Assembly (NCBI GenBank): GCA_964016885.1
Contig: OZ024740.1
Location: 76,198,001 to 76,262,000, forward strand
DNA from: Eledone cirrhosa
Lineage: Eukaryota
Direction of reading: 5' to 3'
Length of the DNA: 64,000 nt
How positions within the stretch are numbered: the first letter of the stretch is position 1; every line of letters begins with the position of its first letter. The translations under genes were made by a program, and so were the position numbers. Below are positions 39,006 through 53,699 of this stretch, piece by piece. A model generated the notes under the pieces. The model worked only from the letters and a program-made list of their open reading frames with translations. It did no database searches and had not been told where the DNA came from.

Positions 39006-41089
39006 TAAACCTAAAAAAACAATGAAATATTATTAATAAAAAAACCTTTAAATTTGGAAAAAGGTTTACTTTTCTTGATACAGGAGGTCGGCCAGGTGTG
39101 TGATGTTATTTCATAAGAAGCCTGGCTGAAGTGGTGGTTAGTTCCGGTCCCACGATAGTATCGTTAGATGCTTAGTGTAGGAAGTGATGAACTCAGTCAG
39201 TCCCCACAACCCTTCCTCCCTTCGCACACTGGCTGTTATAGTAGTAGTGACAACTATCCCTCCATCCAAATCCATGGTTATAGTAGGGGTGACTGCTGGG
39301 TTTAGCAGTGGCAAACAGTTATAGTCTCCCAGTTCCACCTGTCCACAGGCCTGCGCCCCATTAGATATCTAAACATTAATTGACTAATTAAATAATTTGT
39401 ATTTAATGTGTTTGGAAGTACAAGCAAGAGAAACAAGACTCAGTGCATGAAATATAATAATAAATCCTGTGGTAATGTAGTCGAGTCTATTGAAAGAGAC
39501 ATCTGCACACAAGTATACATATATATAGGTCAATTTCAATTTATACATATATATACAATATATACACACACATAGACAGTCGATCGACTTTCGTCATATC
39601 GGACCGAGGAAACATTGTTTCCATTGGTCTTTCCAATACTATCTATCGGTCGCAACTCCAGGTAGAAGGAGTAACGTGAAATAAAGTGTCATACCGCATC
39701 GCCCGGTCCGTGGATCGAACACACAACCTCACGATTGCGAATCCAATTCTCTAACCACTCAGTAACGCGCCTTTACTTCATATATATACATATATATATA
39801 GGTCAATTTCAAAAAAATGTAACCAAAATGTATATTCAACAATATGTCCGAACACGGAGGAGCCGAACTCCAACTGTCATCGCCTCCATCTCTCTCGCTC
39901 TCTCCATCTCTCTGTATTATGAGAAAATAGGGCCCCACGTGCTGGCCGCTCCACAAGCCCGACGGACAGAATGGAGAAGGCGTTTCCCCAGAGGATGGTA
40001 AGGGAGATGGAAGAGCCATTCCATATATTGACTACTTTAAAGGAGTTAGGTACGTGGGAAAGAGATGATAATGAAAGAATTATTATCGTAAAAAGAGGAT
40101 AATAGCATATAGTAAGGAGATAAAAGGTTTAGGTCTAATGTATAAACTATATTTTAATTGGAAGCATGATAGTCGTATCGCTCTTCGGGGTGTGTGTGTG
40201 TATCTCGGGTTGAATCGGAGGTAACCACAGTAAGTAAGATACTTAATACACAGGAGGGTATAAATATTTAATATAGAAGCCATTTCTATATTATATATAT
40301 ATAATATATTAGTAATATTTAGCCTGAAAAAGACTGTTCATTTCATGTGCATTGACTGTGGACGATAGGAAAAGACCAACATGTATAAAAAGTGGCGGTA
40401 TTTTATTTCCAGTTGTAAATTTATTTTTATACTTGCACAAATCAGATCACCGCCCCTCCCCACGAGAGTCAGATATTGCAGTTTCAGCTACTACCTTCTG
40501 GCAACCTAAGCACATAAACAGGATTTGTGCATCGCTTTCAAATTATGAATACTTCTTTGATTATTGTATTCCTGTGGCAGCATAGTTACATCTATCTAGG
40601 ACGATCATGTTGGAAGAGCTGCACACGTCCTCTGCAACCTTCTATCTTTTAGCATAGTTTCTAATACAGAAAGTAGTGAAAATAGCTGACCGACAAGGAG
40701 AAACCAAGATCTAGTTTGTGACAGATACATATCCATACATTAGCATCAAGAGTGCAGAAATAGACAGGAATTCAAATAGCAAAATATTCAAGCAGTTAAT
40801 ACAAATATTATTCTTAAAGGGACATAACTCTAGCAAATTATGTTATAGACAGCCTTAACCGAAGTAATGCGCCCCTGAAAATCTTACATTTTTCCATTGA
40901 TTTTCATGTTTGGCATGCGTTCTTACCGATTTCTTTTTTTTTTTTCGTATAAAAAATATTATACAATCACGTTTAATCATGAAAATTACAAATTTTAAAC
41001 ACACACAGTACAGCATGTAGACATAAAACTTTGAAGAGACATACATTGAGGAATAAATAAGAACAGTACTATCGTATTACGCTTCGTTT

Positions 41090-42035
41090 TCATCACAAAA
41101 GAAGCCAACTGTTGTTTGAGGGGAGATGGAATACTAGGAGGACGAGAGGCTGTATCTTTTATCATATAGTTCATCATCATCATTATCTGCTTGAAGAATG
41201 AAGAACTTAACCAGAGTTGTTTGATTTTTATGGCGCATCGTCTTTGTACACTTTGGTGTAGAAAGTGAGCTCCTTAAAAACCCCTCTTGTAATATTTATG
41301 TTGCTTTCCATATTAGGATTATTATCACCTCAAATTTGCAGACCTTCAGCTATAAGTGCCAATTCTTTAGCAATTGAAGTGAGGTTGGTGGACTATTTGT
41401 ATTCTCTTTTTCCTATGCAGTTCCTTCTTGTGCTAATATCATTAGCTCTTCATTCGGTAATTTTGTTCTATGACATTCTAGTAACTCCACCATATCATCC
41501 TATAAGACATATACAAACCCTATATAATTTCCTGTGTTTCGGTATCTTACCGAATTTGACGTGGACTTTCTGATTGTGTAAAACTTTCAAAGTCATGGAT
41601 ACAATCAGTTTTTTTTACAAGCATTATTCATAGCTGAGTGGTTCATTTTATCCTATGATATATCTGTAATCCGCAGCATACATAATGTTGAAATATTGCC
41701 AGAAGTCTTTAACTGTAGGGTTATCCATTTCGTCAATAGCTTTCAGAAGATAGTTACACGTTCTTGTCAGATAAATTGCCCTGAAATTAGCTATCACACA
41801 CTGATCCATTGGTTGGCGTAAAAAAACCTATGTCTCATAATGTCAGAAAGGTAATTTAAGTTCACTGAGTTGCTTGGTGCATTGTCTAAACGAAACAATG
41901 CTTTGGTAGAAATATTATGTCTGGTACTGCACTTTTCTACAGCAGGGCAAAAATATGTTTGTAAACCATTCTTTAAAAAGGTTATTAGTCATCCATGTTT
42001 TCTTATTTGAACGCCAAATCAGAGGAACCATTAAG
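41090..42035 (-). mobile_element. Decayed pogo/Tigger transposase (DDE_1); absent from the ORF track
   Basis: Manual translation gives PLIWRSNKKTWMT..LFKEWF, LDNAPS, QPMDQCVIANFRAIYL and TVKDFW, then an acidic tail; frameshifted; lower boundary approximate. Confidence 0.85.
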
Positions 42036-42170
42036 CTATGTATAACCCATAATACATAAAATCCTACACCGGCAAAGGCTTTAATTTCGTGTCAACAGCA
42101 GCATCGCCTTAAAATATTTTAACTAATCATACTGAACACTGTATAAAGGAACAGAGATACACCCAAGTTG

Positions 42171-42231
<61 letters not shown>

Positions 42232-42279
42232 CTCTCTCTCTCTCTCGCTCTCTCTCAATCTCTTTCTCTCTCACACACA

Positions 42280-42313
<34 letters not shown>

Positions 42314-42339
42314 GACACACACACACACACAGACACACA

Positions 42340-42389
<50 letters not shown>

Positions 42390-42395
42390 CACACA

Positions 42396-42458
<63 letters not shown>

Positions 42459-43464
42459 GTATAATTATGCAACAGACTCCCGCTCAGACCCATCCATTTT
42501 GCCAAATTTCAATGAGACTGTTTTTCGAAAATACCGCCATGTCACTCAAACTCTGAGTCACTTAAATGCAATGTGAACATCTTCACATGGCTATGCTTGA
42601 ACCTAAAAAATATTTTAGATAAGATATGTTCTTTATTGGAACGCTAATCTTATTCGGTAGCGTGAAAATACTTATTTGAATCATTTGATTAGGTGGAGAG
42701 GCAATGCTCACGAATCTTTTTCAATGGCTTCCAAAGCTGGTCGGGGAAAATGAAAAGGCCAGCAAGATATCTCCAAACCGGAAACCTAACGCGAATGCCT
42801 TTAACAGTGTTGGGCTCCCAACGGTACACAACGATCAAGTGGTGTTACTAAACCGGGTGACTGCTCAAATTTACCACCCATTTAGGCCAATGCTTTACCA
42901 ATTCAGATAGTTCATCGCCCTACAACAGTTTTTAATTATTGACCCCGGAAGAACGAAAAGTAAGGCCTGACTTTAATGGGATCGGAAATAACTCGAACAA
43001 ATATCGTTTGACGCTCTAATCCGCAACGTTTAACGTTGTATTAAAAACACGTTAATTCTTATTACGACAGTCTTATGTAACGTCACTAATTTTTTATCCC
43101 CTCAGATAAAATGACAGCACTGAAGCCTCAGATCCCATCCTCCTACGTCTCATTCGAACTTAACGAAATTGAAGAGCTCCATCTCAAATACTGCTTTACT
43201 GTAAATACTAATTAAATTTAGCTGCAAAGGGAAATAACAATTTTAAAATATCTAAGGAGTTATTTCCCCTGAATATATTACGATGTAAAGAAGTTGAAAC
43301 TAACTTTATCTTGCTGATTAACAGAGCCGTATTTCATGGCCACTGAGTCCACATTCACAACCAGCGATAATAATTGCCTCGGCTATCCTTCCACTGTTAG
43401 AGGCCCTGAAGCTTAAGCATTATTACAACTGTGCCTAAATCAGAAGACATTATTTCAAATGCAT

Positions 43465-43635
43465 AGAGTTTATGGCTCTTTTACGTTCTGTGTTTAAATC
43501 TCGCCGAGGTTAAGTTTGCCTTTCATCCTTACGGGGTCGATAAAATAAAGTTCCAGTGATGCATTGGGGTCAGTTTAATCAACCTTCCTCTCCTCCAAAA
43601 TCATTAGCCTTGTGTGTAAATCAGAAACCATTATT
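43465..43635 (+). mobile_element. tRNA-derived SINE, diverged
   Basis: GCCGAGGTTAAGTTTGCCTTTCATCCTTACGGGGTCGATAAAATAAAG core. Confidence 0.75.
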
Positions 43636-45293
43636 TCAAACAATTAGTTTCATAGCATCTTCTTAAATTGATGTTAAAAACCACCGCATATGATGTTTTA
43701 TAGATTTAGTTTAGACTGTTAGTGGAAGATTTGTTGTTCTTAAATCGGTAAAACTTCAAGCTTTTCGAAGAGGTGTATAGTCGATTAAACACCAGTTTAT
43801 GACTGGTATTCTACTAGTCATAACTATGTGGTAAAAAGTTCGTTTTGTAACCATATAGTTTTGTGTTCGACTTTAGCATAGGATCGTTCCAGGTCATGTG
43901 AGGTAGACTTAATCTGTCATTTGGTTTAAAAAAGCAGTGGTTGGGTCTTGAGAGTCGTAGCAGCATGAAGGTAGTGGTCAACGCTGGGCTGTTGTTGCTG
44001 TTGTTATGTTTAGTCATAGGCCTCTCCTGATCCAACAGACCTCTGGTCAAAATCATTTCAAGCTTGACCATCTTGTCTTTTTTACTCTGTTCAAGTAATC
44101 TGGAACCACATTAACTAACGTGTTCTTTCTCAGGATGTGATTTAAAGGGGATTTAGCTGCTATTTCTAGTAGTTCTCTTTGTGACTAGCATTAAGATCTA
44201 TTGTTCAAATGCGGAACATTTACAGAATTTGTAGGTCGTTGCACTTCAGCGAAAATGTATTTTCAGCATTTAATAACATCATTTTATATTGTAGGTTCGA
44301 ATCTCGCCGAAGTCAACTTAAACTTTCATCTTTCTAGTTGTCGAAAAAATTCTGATATCAATATTATCGATACCTCCTCGTTCAAATCTTTCAAAATTTG
44401 TGACTTGGTTCTTAGGTTAAAAAATAAATATATTTTGCTATGAGGTTGATGGTCGATAGAAACAGTAAGTTAGGGTGACTAAAATACAGTCGGTAGTATT
44501 TAATTACAGTTCTTTTTTTATCACCTAGTCAAGGGGCAAATATTAATTCTTGAAACAGTGTGGGCTCCAGTAAAAGTACCCACGGGCCAATTGATGGCCA
44601 CAATGACTTGAACTCAGAGTGCAAAACAAATCTGGAATAAATACTGGAAGCTCTTTCACTCAAAAGTTAAGTAATTTAATCCACTGCCTTGGAATGAGGC
44701 CTCATTCTTGATTTATGAGTTTGGGGTCTGTTTCTGCTCAGCTTTATTTATATTTGCTTATTCCTACGTAATCGTTACCTGATATTTTCTCAAATTCCTG
44801 ATTATATGTTTCAAATTACACATTTCTAATTGAAGGTTCCTAAATATAAACGTTTAATTTGCGCGTCCTTAATCACACGATTTTAATTATATATATTTCT
44901 ATTTACACATTTTTGATTTCAACACTCTTAATTACTTTAAATATACAGTTCAAGTTAACTATTTGGATTTAATAAGAAGACGAAGTGAGACGTGAAGCGT
45001 AGCAAATCATCGGCTGTTTAATCGGTTAACTACAGCGACGAGAAAATTGGTAGTGTTTTGTGACTTTTTTTTTTGCAAACTTACTAAAAAACAGAAAATA
45101 GTGTTTGAAATTAAAATAAAAAATTGTGATTATTAAAGGGAGGTAAATAAATGGGGGATAACTTGAACGTTGCTGTATAAAATAGAGAGGGGTGAGGGAG
45201 AGTAAATAAATTAGTAAATGTATGTGGACATGCATGGGCTTGTGTGATTGCATGTAAGATTGAGTGTGAATGTGCTTGCTCATATGTATGTAT

Positions 45294-48200
45294 ATCATCA
45301 TCATCATCATTTTACGTCCGCTTTTCCCTGCTTGCAAGGGTGGGACGGGTCTTATTCAGCACAGCATCTCTCCACTCGTCACGGTCCCTCGTCATCTCCA
45401 CCGTGAGCTTCAATGATCTGAGGTCTGTTCTCACCACCTCCGCCCATGTTTTTCGTGGTCTACCTCTACCACGTCTTCCTTCAACTGGCATTTCCTGGCA
45501 CTTCTTCACCCATCGGTCATCCTCCATGCGCATCACATGTCCATACCACCTCAGTCTCCTCTCCCGTACACTACATTCTATCCCTCTCAGACACAGTTTC
45601 TCTCTCAACACATTTATGCTGGGTCGTTCACGCACATTTACACTGCACATCCAACGGAGCATGCTTGCCTCATTTCTCTCCAGCCGTCGCATATCCTCTG
45701 CGGTTGCTGCCCATGTCTCACTACCATGCAGCATCGCGCTCCTCACACAGGCATCATACAACCGGCCTTTCGTACGCAGGGAGAAACCCTTCTTCGTCAA
45801 CAGAGGAAGCAGCTCCCTAAACTTCTTCCAACCCGTCCTTATTCTAGATACTATGGCCTCGGAACACCCTCCTCCCATGCTAATCTGATCTCCCAGGTAC
45901 CGGAAGCTATCCACCACTTCTATAGCGCCCTCTCGCATTTGAAAAATGTGTCTATCAGTGCGACTTCTACTGTCTAATTTCCCTGTACATCTACTGCATA
46001 CATATTTCTCCCTACCTGTTAATTTGCCTGCTATCCCGCTACATCTCTTGTGTACCCAGGACCTGCATTGTGTGCATTTTATAGAATTTATGCCAGTTCC
46101 TTTTCTGCATATCGAACATGGCCATTTCCCTGACGGAATCAGGGTTTTGTCCTCTTTTCTACTCATCAACACTTTTGTCTTAGCTAGATTTACTCTCAGT
46201 CCTCTTGCTTCCAACTGCTGTTTCCATAGCCGGAATTTATTCTCTAGCTCCTCTACTGATTCTGCTATAAGAGCCAGATCGTCAGCATAGAGAAGTTCCC
46301 ATGGACAGCCAGTCTTAAACTCCTCTGTTATGGCTTGGAGGACTATAATGAACAAGAGCGGGCTGAGGACCGAACCCTGATGTACTCCTACTTGTATCTG
46401 GAATTCCTCACTAAACTCCATTCCTACCCTGACTTTACTGAGAGTACCTCTGTACAAAGTTTGCACTGTCCTCACAAGCCATTCCTCAACACTTAGCTTC
46501 CTTAGGGACCACCAGATGACAGATCGGGGTACCCTATCAAAGGCCTTCTCTAGGTCAACAAAGGCTAAGTATAGTGGCTTATTCTTCTCTAAGAACCTCT
46601 CTTGCATTTGTCTCACCAAGAAGAGGGCATCTGTTGTACTCTTCCCAGGCACAAAACCAAACTGCATCTCATCTAGTTTGACCCTTTCTCTAATTAGTTA
46701 TGCTAAAATCCTTTCTGCCACTTTCATAACCTGATCTATCAGTTTTATACCCCTATAATTGCTCCTCTCCAAAGCATCCCCTTTACCTTTGTAGCAATTT
46801 ATGAGAATACTGCTGCACTAGTCTTTGGGTATGACACCACCATATATAACCTGATTGATGATGCGTGCAACCAGTTTAGTGCCTACGTCCCCTGATGCTT
46901 TCAGCATCTCAGCAACTATTCCCGATGGTCCGGCCGCCTTACCATTTTTCATTTCCCTAATCGCCTCTTGGACCCTATATTCGTCAATCTCAATAGCTGG
47001 TCCCTCTGTCGGATCTACCAAGGGTAATTTCTCTCTCTCCCATTCGTTCTCCACATTCATCAGTCTCTCATAATGACATTTCCAGGCCGCCTTTTTCTGG
47101 TCATTCGTGACACTAAGTACACCGGCATCATCCCGGACACATTTATCACCAACAACATCCTGATTTGCATTGACACACTGCCTTGCAATGTGGAACACCG
47201 CACGCCTCTGATCTTCCCGTCGCAGAACATTGGCAAACCTCCTACTCTCTGCCTCCCTGCGTGCTAAGTACACCTGACGTCTAGCTTCTCTCTTAGTGGC
47301 TGTATATTCTTCCCTACTCCCACCCTTTTTCCAAGCCTTCCATGCTAGTCTTTTGTCTCTAATAGCCTTATCTACTGTGCTGTTCCACCACCAGGTCACT
47401 CTCTGTCTGGTTGGAGCTCTGCTCCAGCCACAGGTTTCATCAGTAGCCTGCAGCAAGTTGTCACGTAAGAACTTCCAGTTATTATCTATGTCATACGTCT
47501 CTAAATCGTCTTCTTTTTCGTCATATACATCTTGAAGGGCTTTCCTAAATTTGAATTTTAGTGAAAGGTCTTTTAGCTTTCAGACCTTTCTTCTCCACAC
47601 CTTCCTATATGTCTCATTCCATCTCTTGCTTACTGAGATATCACTAACAACTAACCTATGCTGTGGGGTACATTCTTCCCCAGGGTATGCCTTGGTATTA
47701 GACACTATCTGCCTGTCCCGCTGCCTAACTAGCAGGAAGTCAATCTGGCTTATGTGCTCACCAGATTTGTAGGTTATTAGGTGATTGGCAGGTTTCTGGA
47801 AGTTTGTGTTGCAAATAGTCAATGTACTTGCATCACAAAATTCAAGAAGTCTCACTCCTTCTTCATTTCTTGAACTGTAACCGTGCCCACCATGTACCCC
47901 AGTGTAACCATCCTGGAGCTGTCCAACATGACCATTGAAGTCTCCTGCTAGCATAACGATGTCTCCGTCCTCTGTCATTGTGGTTGTTTGCAAAAGTTGC
48001 TCATAAAAGCAGTCTTTCTCATCTTTGCCTAGGCCTGCTTGGGGAGCATAGACCGAGATGATTGTCAGTAGTCTCCTACCTACAACTAATCTAAGCTTAA
48101 TTATTCGATTACTAACTCGAACTACCTCTATTGTCTTATTGATCCATTTCTCAGCCAGGAAAATGCCTACTCCCCCTAGCCCATCATCCTTACCTACCCA

Positions 48201-48380
48201 GAATAGCTTATAGCTAAGACGCTTGCCTACGACTAGTCTCGCAGAGGCACCTCTCCATCTCACCTCTTGCACGCAGCACACATCCACCTGCCTTCTCTTC
48301 AGCATCTCCGCTATTTCAGCAGATCTACCTCTGAGAGTGCCAACATTAAGTGTTGCAACTCTGAGATGCGACGTCTTCAT
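45294..48380 (-). mobile_element. Near full-length RTE-clade LINE (APE, RT, PHD-type insertion); single frame with three premature stops
   Basis: TLNVGTL, VQEVRW, GDFNGH, QIDFLL, QHRLV (APE); QFGF, FVDLEKAFD, GVHQGS, YADD (RT); three collinear ORFs in one frame; (ATG)n 3' tail. Confidence 0.95.
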
Positions 48381-48572
48381 ATTTTTCTATGCTGTTTTGT
48401 TGCTGTGCTGATAAGTTTTTTGGCATTGATACACTGGTTGGATGCCCTTCCTAACACCAGTGCCACTTTACAGCATGGACTGGGTGCTTTTATTTGTGCC
48501 ACCAGCACTAGAGAGGATGTCTTACTAGACTCAAGGGCCCTCTCTACCCCTCCATTTTACAGCATGGTCATT

Positions 48573-48618
<46 letters not shown>

Positions 48619-48658
48619 GATATTAAACAAATGGAAACTATATTTATAAAACCATATT

Positions 48659-48724
48659 TATTTCATTATACATATTTCAGGGATACCATATTAAAAATAT
48701 GGCATACCTTCGTCAGATACAATA
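48659..48724 (-). ncRNA. Type I hammerhead ribozyme in the inverted pLTR
   Basis: Reverse complement of the 53047 motif; 13-position stem II with one mismatch. Confidence 0.75.
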
Positions 48725-51700
48725 CAATATATAAACAGTTTTATAAATAATTTTGACGTACCATAATATAAGCGACCATTAAATTAGGAGGCTGCCTTGG
48801 TAGTGATGTGTTTATAATTATTTAGTTATAGTGTTAAACACAGTTAGAGAAAAGACGGAGAGAAAGAAAAAAATGGAGATAAAGAGAAAACGGAGAGAGA
48901 GAGGTGGGGAGGAAAAGAAAGAGAGAGAGAAAATATAACTAGATAGGGGGAAGTGAAATAAACAAGAGAGAAATAAGAGAGAAACATGAGAGGCAAAACC
49001 AAAGCGACAGATACATAATACTTCATCATATATAAAGATAAGCATAAGAGAGAGGAGAAAGAGCTATATATAGAGAGAGAAGGATACAGTTACATCTTTA
49101 CGTCATGTCATATCAATTTGAATTATCAATTCATATGAAATGGATAATAGAATGTAAATATCAATATTCATGAATGAGACATAGATATATAATATGAGAA
49201 AAAATTAAAAAATTAAACAATTAATAGAAAAATCAGACTCTTTTATAAGAAGAATCAGGTGGCGTGCCTTCCACTTTGATAAATCTAATCTAAATGAAAA
49301 CGTTTCAGATTTGGATAAAGTTTTCAAATCTAAACCCCCCTCCCCAACAAACTATTAATGGATTTTGAAAACGATATAATTTCTATCATCCAAGGAATCA
49401 AATTCAAGAGAAACTTCAAAGGCCAGGACTATCTAAGATGCATTAAGGATAATATTGAAGGCTTGGAAAGAACAGAGAAGATCTTGGTGAAATCGGACAA
49501 AACCAACAACCTTTATGGAGTACAAAAGAACATGTACAATGGCCTTATATTGAAAGAACTAAGGAAAAAGTACAAGGTAGCAAGTAAGGACGAACTGGAA
49601 AAAATGAATGCAGAGGCATCTTGTATAATGCATGAATTAGACATTGAGAATAAAACACAACCTTTCATGCCTAGGAAACCCAAGATCAATATGAAAGATC
49701 ACAAAAGAAATTTTGAAAATGATTTGCCAGTCAGATTGATTGCACCATCAAAATCTGACCTGGGAAAACTTAGCAAAAACATTCTAGACAGGGTAATACA
49801 GCAAATTAAAAACTTACATAATTTACCTTACTTAAAGTTATGGAAGGGGACTGGTGAGGTTATTGAGTGGTTTAAAGAAATTAAATATAACTATAATAAT
49901 AAGTTTATTCAACTTGATATTGCTAACTACTATTCATCTATCACTCCTAATCTACTGAATAAGGCACTAAATTACGCATTTAAACATACAGACCTAACTA
50001 GCAATGAAATGCACATTATATTATCGGCAAGGAAAACATTGATAGAATTTAATAACCAACTATGGACTAGGGCAGATAGAGATAATAATTTCGACATAAC
50101 TATGGGATCATCTGACTCAGCTCAGGTAACGGACCTTGTGGGCCTATTTATAATTAATTCGCTGCATAGAAAAATACCAGGTGTAACCGGAGGATTATAT
50201 CGTGATGACATGCTTTTACTTATTGAAAATAATAACTGTGAACTAAATAGAAAAAGAAAACAAATTATACAATTTTTTAATTACCTTAATCTAAAAATAG
50301 AAATAGAGAATAACCATAGAATAGTCAATTTCCTAGATGTAACACTAAATCTCAACACATGTCTTCACTATCCATTTCACAAACTAAATGAGAACTTGAA
50401 TTATGTCAATTTTAACTCTAATCACCCCAGATCTGTTAAAAATACTATAGTGAACTCTGTTCAAGAACGAATTTCAAGAATTTCATCTAATAAAAATATT
50501 TTTGACGAAAAAGCGCAGTATTACAATGAAGCATTAGCTAGAGCAGGATATAGTGATAAAATTAAGTACATCGATAATAATAAGCAAACTAACCAAAATA
50601 ATAACAATTTTAATTACGGTAACAACATTAACAACTATAATAGAAAACATTACAATAATTCCAAAAGCCGAAAAAAAAATAGAACTAGAAATATAATATG
50701 GTTTGCCCCCCCCCCTTTTCCACTAAATATTAAAACCCATATTGCTAAACTATTCTTTAATGCTCTTGACAAACGCTTCCCTAGAACACATAAATATCAC
50801 TCAATTTTTAATAGACATACTATAAAATTAACTTACTCATCCACCAAAAATTTAGCACAAAATATTAACAGAATTAATAATAGGAATTTAAAAGCTAACC
50901 AAAATACCAATAATAACTCAAACAATATTCAATTAAATAACTGTAACTGTAGAAATAAATCTAACTATCCGTTAAATAACAATTGCTTAGTTAAAAATAT
51001 AGTATACAATTGTAATGTTAAAACTAACTTAAATTCTTTCAACTATGTTGGTTCCACCTCGACAGAATTTAAACTTCGCTTCAATAATCATAAGAATTCT
51101 TTCACAGATCCAAACAAAAAATCCTCAACTTCGCTATCAAGCCTACTCTGGCAACTTAAACGAGATAATGTTGAGTATTCGATGTTTTGGAATATTGTCT
51201 CAAGAGGGATTCCTTTTAATTCTCATCTGAGACATGTGATCTCTGTGTGGAGGAGATATTCTTTATATTAAAATCCAAAAATTCCCTTAATTTAAGGAGC
51301 AATTTATTCAGTTGCTGCAGACATAGATTGAACTCAACATTTAAATATAAATATAAATTTAAAATGTAGTATAATTAATTAAGAAATTTAATTAATATAT
51401 GAAACCTGACGATAAATCTTTTGATTCCTTCACCTTTTTCTTTTTAAACCTTCTTCATAAATATAAACAAAGATGTAATTAAACTACTCTAAAATGTATA
51501 TGCTCCCAATGTATTAAATAAATTTTACGCAAGATAAATTTCTATACTAAATATAAGGGCATCCGTAGAATCACGGGGTCTTCTAAATCTTTTAAATAAT
51601 TTTTGTTAAATAATTTTTGTTTTTTATTTGATTTTTGACTCTGATTGCTTCTAAAAGACTTTGCAATATATTGTCTGATAAATTAGAAGGATAGATTTCT

Positions 51701-51928
51701 GTAGTAAATATATGAAGCATATTGTTTTTGGCCTGAGATACTCTATAGTGTGTTGAAAATATTTTAGGTTTTTGATGTTTCTGTGCTGATATATTGATAT
51801 TTGATTATCTCTATACAAAGGCCATATGTGTATTAACATGCATATAGAAGGCTTATAGAGTTTATTTTATGTGTTCATGTGTCTGTATGTGTGCATAGAG
51901 ATGCTGGAATACTCACGCAGATATCTTG

Positions 51929-51980
<52 letters not shown>

Positions 51981-53046
51981 TATAGTTCTGTATATGTTAC
52001 AGATATGCATAATATTAAATACATGAACGGTAATCATATATGTGAGGACATGAATATTAATCGTATATTTTTTATGTATATATATAGTGAAATTTTTATA
52101 ACACAAGAAATTCTTTTTATGACACAAGAAATTATAGAGTTGATCAGGTAAAGTCATGTGTATGTCTATATTATTGACTAGAGTTAGACATAACTTTCTC
52201 TTTTTCTTTTTTCAGAAAGTACATATACGTGTATATATATATACATATATATTTCCGTATCTTTATAAATAGGGTAATTTTTTGAAGGTTTATCTCAGAT
52301 TTTGGTATATTGACCTCAGAGTTTTAAACTAAACATATGGTCATTATTGAACAAAGTTATTTTCTCATATTATATATCTATGTCTCATTCATGAATATTG
52401 ATATTTACATTCTATTATCCAGTTCATATGAATTGATAATTCAAATTGATATGACATGACGTAAAGATGTAACTGTATCCTTCTCTCTCTATATATAGCT
52501 CTTTCTCCTCTCTCTTATGCTTATCTTTATATATGATGAAGTATTATGTATCTGTCGCTTTGGTTTTGCCTCTCATATTTCTCTCTTATTTCTCTCTTGT
52601 TTTTTTCACTTCCCCCTATCTAGTTATATTTTCTCTCTCTCTTTCTTTTCCTCCCCCCTCTCTCTCTCCGTTTTCTCTTTATCTCCATTTTTTTCTTTCT
52701 CTCCGTCTTTTCTCTAATTGTGCTTAACACTATAACTAAATAATTACTGTCCTCTCTCTTTATATAGTACTCCCTCTCTCTTGAATCTCTCTTTTTGTAT
52801 GGTGATTTATTATTATTTATCTGTTGCTTTCGGTTGCCTCTCTTTTTTCACCTCCTCCTTTTTTCTCTCTCCCCTCTCTCTCTCTGTTTTTCTTTACCTC
52901 CGTTTCTTCTTTTTCTCCGTCTTTTTTCTAACTGTGCTTAACACTATAACTAAATAATTATAAACACATCACTACCAAGGCAGCCTCCTAATTTATCGCT
53001 TATATTATGGTACGTCAAAATTATTTATAAAACTGTTTATATATTG

Positions 53047-53112
53047 TATTTTATCTGACGAAGGCATGCCATATTTCTAATATGGTATCCCTGAAATATG
53101 TATAATGAAATA
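53047..53112 (+). ncRNA. Type I hammerhead ribozyme in the 3' pLTR
   Basis: TATTTTAT-CTGACGA-AGGCATGCCATAT..ATATGGTATCCCT-GAAA-TATGTA-TA-ATGAAATA. Confidence 0.78.
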
Positions 53113-53240
53113 AATATGGTTTTATAAATATAGTTTCCATTTGTTTAATATCGTATATCTACTCCAAAAACTTGTCGAGTGCTTTATATCAGTTATAAAA
53201 TATTTACTTGTTGTAACCCAACAATTTTAAATAAAACTTT

Positions 53241-53315
<75 letters not shown>

Positions 53316-53699
53316 ATATATATAAATATATATTGTTATACTTGGGGAGGGTCATATTGTTGTAATAATATTACCAGAAATAATAACAGAACATACTCAC
53401 TGTTTGGTTGGTTTTCGCTTCTGTATCTTTTTTATCTCCATAGTTAATTCATTCGCCAATCAATGTTTATCATTGATTGACCAACGGTTAATATACAGAT
53501 ATAAATACATATATATAGTCTAACAAAGTTCTTTCGTTGCACATCTGCAACAGCATCAGTGGTACTATTATGTTTCCTCCTGTCTACGCCATTTTAATTT
53601 TATCTGTTTATTTATTTATTAATTTTATTGACTGCTTCTCTGCGCATGCGTTTGCGTGTGTGTATAGTGTTTGGTGTGTGTGTTTGCGTTTGGGTTTGA

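Larger units (their letters stand above)
48617..53244 (+). mobile_element. Penelope-like element with inverted 5' pLTR and 3' pLTR, inserted in (TA)n
   Basis: ORF 49358-51271 with SDKT, QLDIANYY, MGSSDSAQ, YRDD and IVY..YVG..FKLRF..H; 48617-49200 is the reverse complement of parts of 52360-53155. Confidence 0.93.

Noticed and set aside
43106-43200. Possible isolated exon after a good acceptor (CACTAAT...CCCCTCAG)
   Set aside because: Weak donor, no recognisable homology and no partner exons
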